Positions 17,777 through 21,029 of a DNA stretch of 21,029 nt are shown here, one piece after another. The translations under genes and the position numbers were made by a program. The notes under the pieces were generated by a model. That model did not search any database and was not told the origin of the DNA. It worked only from the letters and a program-made list of their open reading frames with translations. The DNA comes from Candidatus Iainarchaeum sp. (GTDB lineage: Archaea > Iainarchaeota > Iainarchaeia > Iainarchaeales > Iainarchaeaceae), in the NCBI GenBank assembly GCA_043812975.1, contig JBDRLP010000029.1:1-21029 (forward strand), written 5' to 3'. The first letter of the stretch is position 1. Each line of letters starts with the position of its first letter.

Positions 17777-18262
17777 ATGCCATTACCAAAGAGACAGACA
17801 ACAAGAGCTGCAGCTGCTAAAAAGCCAGCCGCTTCTAAGGGTGGAAGTCCAAAAAAGCATCACGCCTACCCCGGAATAGTAAGATTGCACATGAGGGAAA
17901 CTCCTTTTTCAACAAACGAAACTTCAAGGAAAACACTGGAAATCGTGCATGAACTCCTCACAAAAAAAAGAATACTTGAAAGAATACCGTTGCGCTTTGG
18001 AGAGGAAGAAGAATTAGAAATGAAAACTGAAACAGTATTCAGGGAAGGCGGGGATTTATTCGCCAGAAACATTACAGGCCAAAGAAAAGCTGGACTGAAA
18101 AAACAAATTCATGTAATACTGCAAGATCTTATTCTTCATTATGGCCAATACCTTACCCCCAAGGAATTACATCAAATCAGTAGAACTCTCCTGGATTCAA
18201 TAAATAGTAGAAAGGAAACAGTTGGAGGAGACCCTCCCAAAAACAAGCGAGGTACTTGGTAA
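17777..18262 (+). CDS. Hypothetical protein, paralog B of tandem pair
   Basis: 161 aa; same shared motifs; basic low-complexity N-terminus MPLPKRQTTRAAAAKKPAASK. Confidence 0.8.
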   Translation: MPLPKRQTTRAAAAKKPAASKGGSPKKHHAYPGIVRLHMRETPFSTNETSRKTLEIVHELLTKKRILERIPLRFGEEEELEMKTETVFREGGDLFARNITGQRKAGLKKQIHVILQDLILHYGQYLTPKELHQISRTLLDSINSRKETVGGDPPKNKRGTW

Positions 18263-18281
18263 GCCCCCCACCGAAATCCCA

Positions 18282-18325
18282 TTTATAAAGCCCCCCTTTA
18301 TAAACCTTTTTAAAGGGTTTATAAA
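18282..18325 (+). promoter_or_regulatory. tbp promoter with three TTTATAAA boxes, two within a 29-bp near-palindrome
   Basis: TTTATAAA at 18282-18289, 18297-18304 and 18318-18325; TTTATAAACC(18297-18306)/GGTTTATAAA(18316-18325) inverted repeat. Confidence 0.75.
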
Positions 18326-18354
18326 TAACCAGAAAGGTTTGAAGGGGGTCTTTC

Positions 18355-18984
18355 ATGAAATACACTATTGTTAATATTGTTGCTTCGGCAAATTTGAATA
18401 CAACTATTGATTTATACAACTTGGCTATTACAATTCCCAATATCGAATATGAGCCAGAACAGTTCCCAGGAGCAATCCTGAAACTAAAAGAACCAAAAGT
18501 ATCAATGCTTCTTTTCAAGAACGGAAAAGTAATCTGCTCAGGAGCATCAAGCGAAATACAAATACCACAGGCAATTTACAAAGCCTCAAAAATGATACAC
18601 GAAATACAAAAGAATGTAAAAATACAAAAGAACGCAGATTATACAGTTGTAAACCTAGTTACAACAGCTAATCTACACATGACACTTGATTTGTTCAAAA
18701 CAGCAATGGAATCTGATAACGTTGAGTATGAACCTGAACAATTCCCAGGCGCTATTCTAAGAATTCATGATCCAAAGCTAACATTATTGCTGTTCAAGAA
18801 CGGAAAACTGATTTGTGCAGGAGCAAAAAACGAAGAACTCTTAAAAAAAGGTTTGAGAAAAGCCTCAAAAATGATAAGAGAAATTAATGCTCCAACAAAA
18901 CCAAAAAAAGCAGCAACTACGAAGTCCCCGCAAGGGAAAAAAGCAGATGCAAAGAAACCTGTGACAAAAGCTAAGAAGAAGTGA
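18355..18984 (+). CDS. tbp: TATA-box-binding protein
   Basis: Two internal repeats VN.V..A...YEPEQFPGA....PK...LLF.NGK.IC.GA; Lys/Ala-rich C-terminal tail. Confidence 0.97.
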   Translation: MKYTIVNIVASANLNTTIDLYNLAITIPNIEYEPEQFPGAILKLKEPKVSMLLFKNGKVICSGASSEIQIPQAIYKASKMIHEIQKNVKIQKNADYTVVNLVTTANLHMTLDLFKTAMESDNVEYEPEQFPGAILRIHDPKLTLLLFKNGKLICAGAKNEELLKKGLRKASKMIREINAPTKPKKAATTKSPQGKKADAKKPVTKAKKK

Positions 18985-19024
18985 AAACTATAGCTTTTTA
19001 AAGGTTCCACGAGCAAAATATTAT

Positions 19025-19143
19025 TGATTAGCGGTCATAGCGGCAGGGAAACACCTGTTCTCATTCCGAACACAGAAGTTAAGCCTGCTAGCGTATTGGT
19101 TTGCACTGTTCTTCGAACGGAGCATCCGAAGCGCTGCTAATCA
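19025..19143 (+). rRNA. rrf: 5S ribosomal RNA
   Basis: Conserved GCGGTCATAGCG...GAAACACCTG.TCTCATTCCGAACACAGAAGTTAAGC; terminal helix TGATTAGCGG/CTGCTAATCA; TTTTTAAA box at 18995-19002. Confidence 0.95.
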
Positions 19144-19144
19144 C

Positions 19145-19183
19145 TTTCTATTTATTCTTATTTTTTTATTTTTTATAATTTTA
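19145..19183 (+). terminator. Oligo-T archaeal terminator after 5S rRNA
   Basis: Several T-runs (TTTTTTT, TTTTTT, TTTTT) immediately downstream of the 5S gene. Confidence 0.55.
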
Positions 19184-19263
19184 AATTCACTGTTTTTAGG
19201 GCAATATTTGGAAAATTTGGCTGAATAGTTAGTAATATATTATAATATTTAATATTATTAGCG

Positions 19264-21029
19264 ATGAAGCCTGCTTGGCTGGGGCTGGGGGTAATAGCCT
19301 TATTATTAATCGGCTTTGTCTCAAGCCAAGATACAAACATTCAAAACAGTCCCGCACTTGCTGATGGGAATAGCCTAAACCTTATTGTCAACTTTAATAC
19401 TGCTGATGCTAATTCAACAACGCCTGAGGAAGATACTAATTCAATAATTCCTGATGAGAATATATTTGCAGAAGAAACTGATTCAAATAATCTTAACCCA
19501 ACATTAACATTTATTCAGCCATTAAACCTTGAGGTTATAAGCGGAGTAATAAAAATAATTGTCTCGCTGCAAAATTTTGGAATAATAACAGCAAACTGGT
19601 TTCACATAAATAACATTGACTTCAATACAATCATAACAAAAAACATTTTATCAGTGGACATCAACACCTTGGATTTCAATAACAACTTATACAAATTAGA
19701 AGCAAATGTTTGTGATGAAGAAAAATGTTATTCGGAAATTATTAGTGTGACAATAGAAAATGATTTGAATACACAACAGACAATAAAACAACAAGACCAA
19801 AACACAAGCATTGGTGTTACACCCCTTGATGAAAATTCAACTATAAGTGATACAAATAATTCAATTGACCAGAATGTTGCGGTTATTGATGCAAACAATT
19901 TTACAGAACCGGAAAACAAAGATACCAATGCTATTAGTCCTAACCAGAACAAGGAAACACACACCGCACAAAAAAACAATTCAAACAACCAGATTTCATT
20001 TGACAGGCACCTTGACTGTCACAGGTGTGGTCAACATAAAGCCCCGCCAAACACAGAGATAAATATGACTATCTCAGTGACAGACGCAAATGTTAACAAC
20101 ACTTTTTTTGTTGATTATTTTCCAGTTGAATGGGAAATAGTTGATGCCAACAACGGGTTGGTTGAATCATTTGATTCTGAATACAACAAAATCTCTTGGG
20201 AAATAATATCTCCAACAACAGAAATTGAAAAAAGTTATGTGGTAAAAAGCCCATCGCTTACAAGCCCACCGACAAAATACTCATTCTACACAGAATTAGG
20301 AGCAGAAACATCAGCACTATGGAATATAATAGTTGCTGACCCCGAAACGCTTTATCTTACATCTGGAGCAGGCGATGCATGTGGTGTTGGAAGCGATGAA
20401 GCATTAAGCGGAACTGCTGGTGCGAGCAATGCAACAAAACTGGTTGCCACAACAGGGGATTCCTGGACTTTTGTTGAATCAGCAAGGTCAATTGCTACCG
20501 GGACATGGGATGTTTACCTTGACTTAACACACGATAATTCTGGAGGCCAGGGTTCTGAGAGAGATACAAGAGTTTTGTTAAGGCACATGAACAGTTCTTG
20601 TGTTGAACAGGCAATTTTAATAGACGTAACTCAACAGCCGGGTAAAGGAGCCACTGCAGAATTCACTTTTGAGGCCACAAGTGTTGCACAAATAGACTAC
20701 ACAGCAGGGGACATTTTGCTTTTAGAAGTCTTTAACCCAAATGCTGCGGAAAACACAGTATATTACAACAATTCAACCTCTGCTTACGATTCAAGAATAG
20801 TTCACCCTGCAGAGATTATTCCTAACGTCGCACCTGATATTACAGGTTCAATAACCAATGATGGTTCGGTTTACCATGGCACTGCCATTACTTTTACCGG
20901 TGCTTGTACAGATGCAGGTGATAATTTCAGGTTAGTTGTATGCAGGAATGGTGCAACGTGTGATTCAACAACAAGCGGTGCAGATTTAATTTGTGCAGGT
21001 TCAAACGGAACTGATACAACTCCTAGTTG
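19264..21029 (+). CDS. Large secreted/cell-surface protein, 5' part (>588 aa, runs off the window); not in ORF track
   Basis: ATG 19264, with no in-frame stop to the window end (read codon by codon). Signal peptide MKPAWLGLGVIALLLIGFVSS; N/T/D/S-rich linkers; beta-rich Ig-like segments (PTLTFIQP...YKLEANVCD, NVAPDIT...ITFTGACTD); several paired Cys. Confidence 0.9.
   Translation, partial: MKPAWLGLGVIALLLIGFVSSQDTNIQNSPALADGNSLNLIVNFNTADANSTTPEEDTNSIIPDENIFAEETDSNNLNPTLTFIQPLNLEVISGVIKIIVSLQNFGIITANWFHINNIDFNTIITKNILSVDINTLDFNNNLYKLEANVCDEEKCYSEIISVTIENDLNTQQTIKQQDQNTSIGVTPLDENSTISDTNNSIDQNVAVIDANNFTEPENKDTNAISPNQNKETHTAQKNNSNNQISFDRHLDCHRCGQHKAPPNTEINMTISVTDANVNNTFFVDYFPVEWEIVDANNGLVESFDSEYNKISWEIISPTTEIEKSYVVKSPSLTSPPTKYSFYTELGAETSALWNIIVADPETLYLTSGAGDACGVGSDEALSGTAGASNATKLVATTGDSWTFVESARSIATGTWDVYLDLTHDNSGGQGSERDTRVLLRHMNSSCVEQAILIDVTQQPGKGATAEFTFEATSVAQIDYTAGDILLLEVFNPNAAENTVYYNNSTSAYDSRIVHPAEIIPNVAPDITGSITNDGSVYHGTAITFTGACTDAGDNFRLVVCRNGATCDSTTSGADLICAGSNGTDTTPS

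Noticed and set aside
18355..18890. Internal DNA repeat in tbp (GAACAnTTCCCAGG, TTCAAGAACGGAAAA)
   Set aside because: Explained by the normal two-repeat architecture of TBP.
20017..20037. c-type heme-binding motif
   Set aside because: The sequence is CHRCGQH, not CxxCH.

Overview
Archaeal genomic segment. An archaeal origin is supported by TBP, RpoF, eL21, PyrI, AMP phosphorylase and TATA-box promoters. The compact AT-rich layout, stand-alone 5S rRNA and many basic orphan ORFs suggest a DPANN lineage, possibly Iainarchaeota/Diapherotrites, but that assignment is inference. From left to right: an AT-rich, probably mobile-element-derived end (small ribbon-helix-helix ORF missed by the ORF track, a GC-rich structured non-coding segment, a winged-helix protein, a short direct-repeat array); prs; a SAM methyltransferase; a pyrB-pyrI-pyrD-pyrK-pyrC-orf-pyrE-pyrF operon; AMP phosphorylase; the conserved rpl21e-rpoF-DUF655-ksgA operon on the minus strand; a glycosyltransferase + methyltransferase cassette bracketed by a ~172-bp direct repeat that duplicates the rpl21e promoter and first 18 codons; orphan basic proteins including a tandem paralog pair; a membrane protein; tbp preceded by three TTTATAAA boxes; a 5S rRNA gene; and the 5' part (>588 codons, missed by the ORF track) of a large secreted protein. 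In its first half 18 of 22 Asp residues lie in D-x-N motifs, against 0 of 20 in the second half. All counts and alignments were done by eye.
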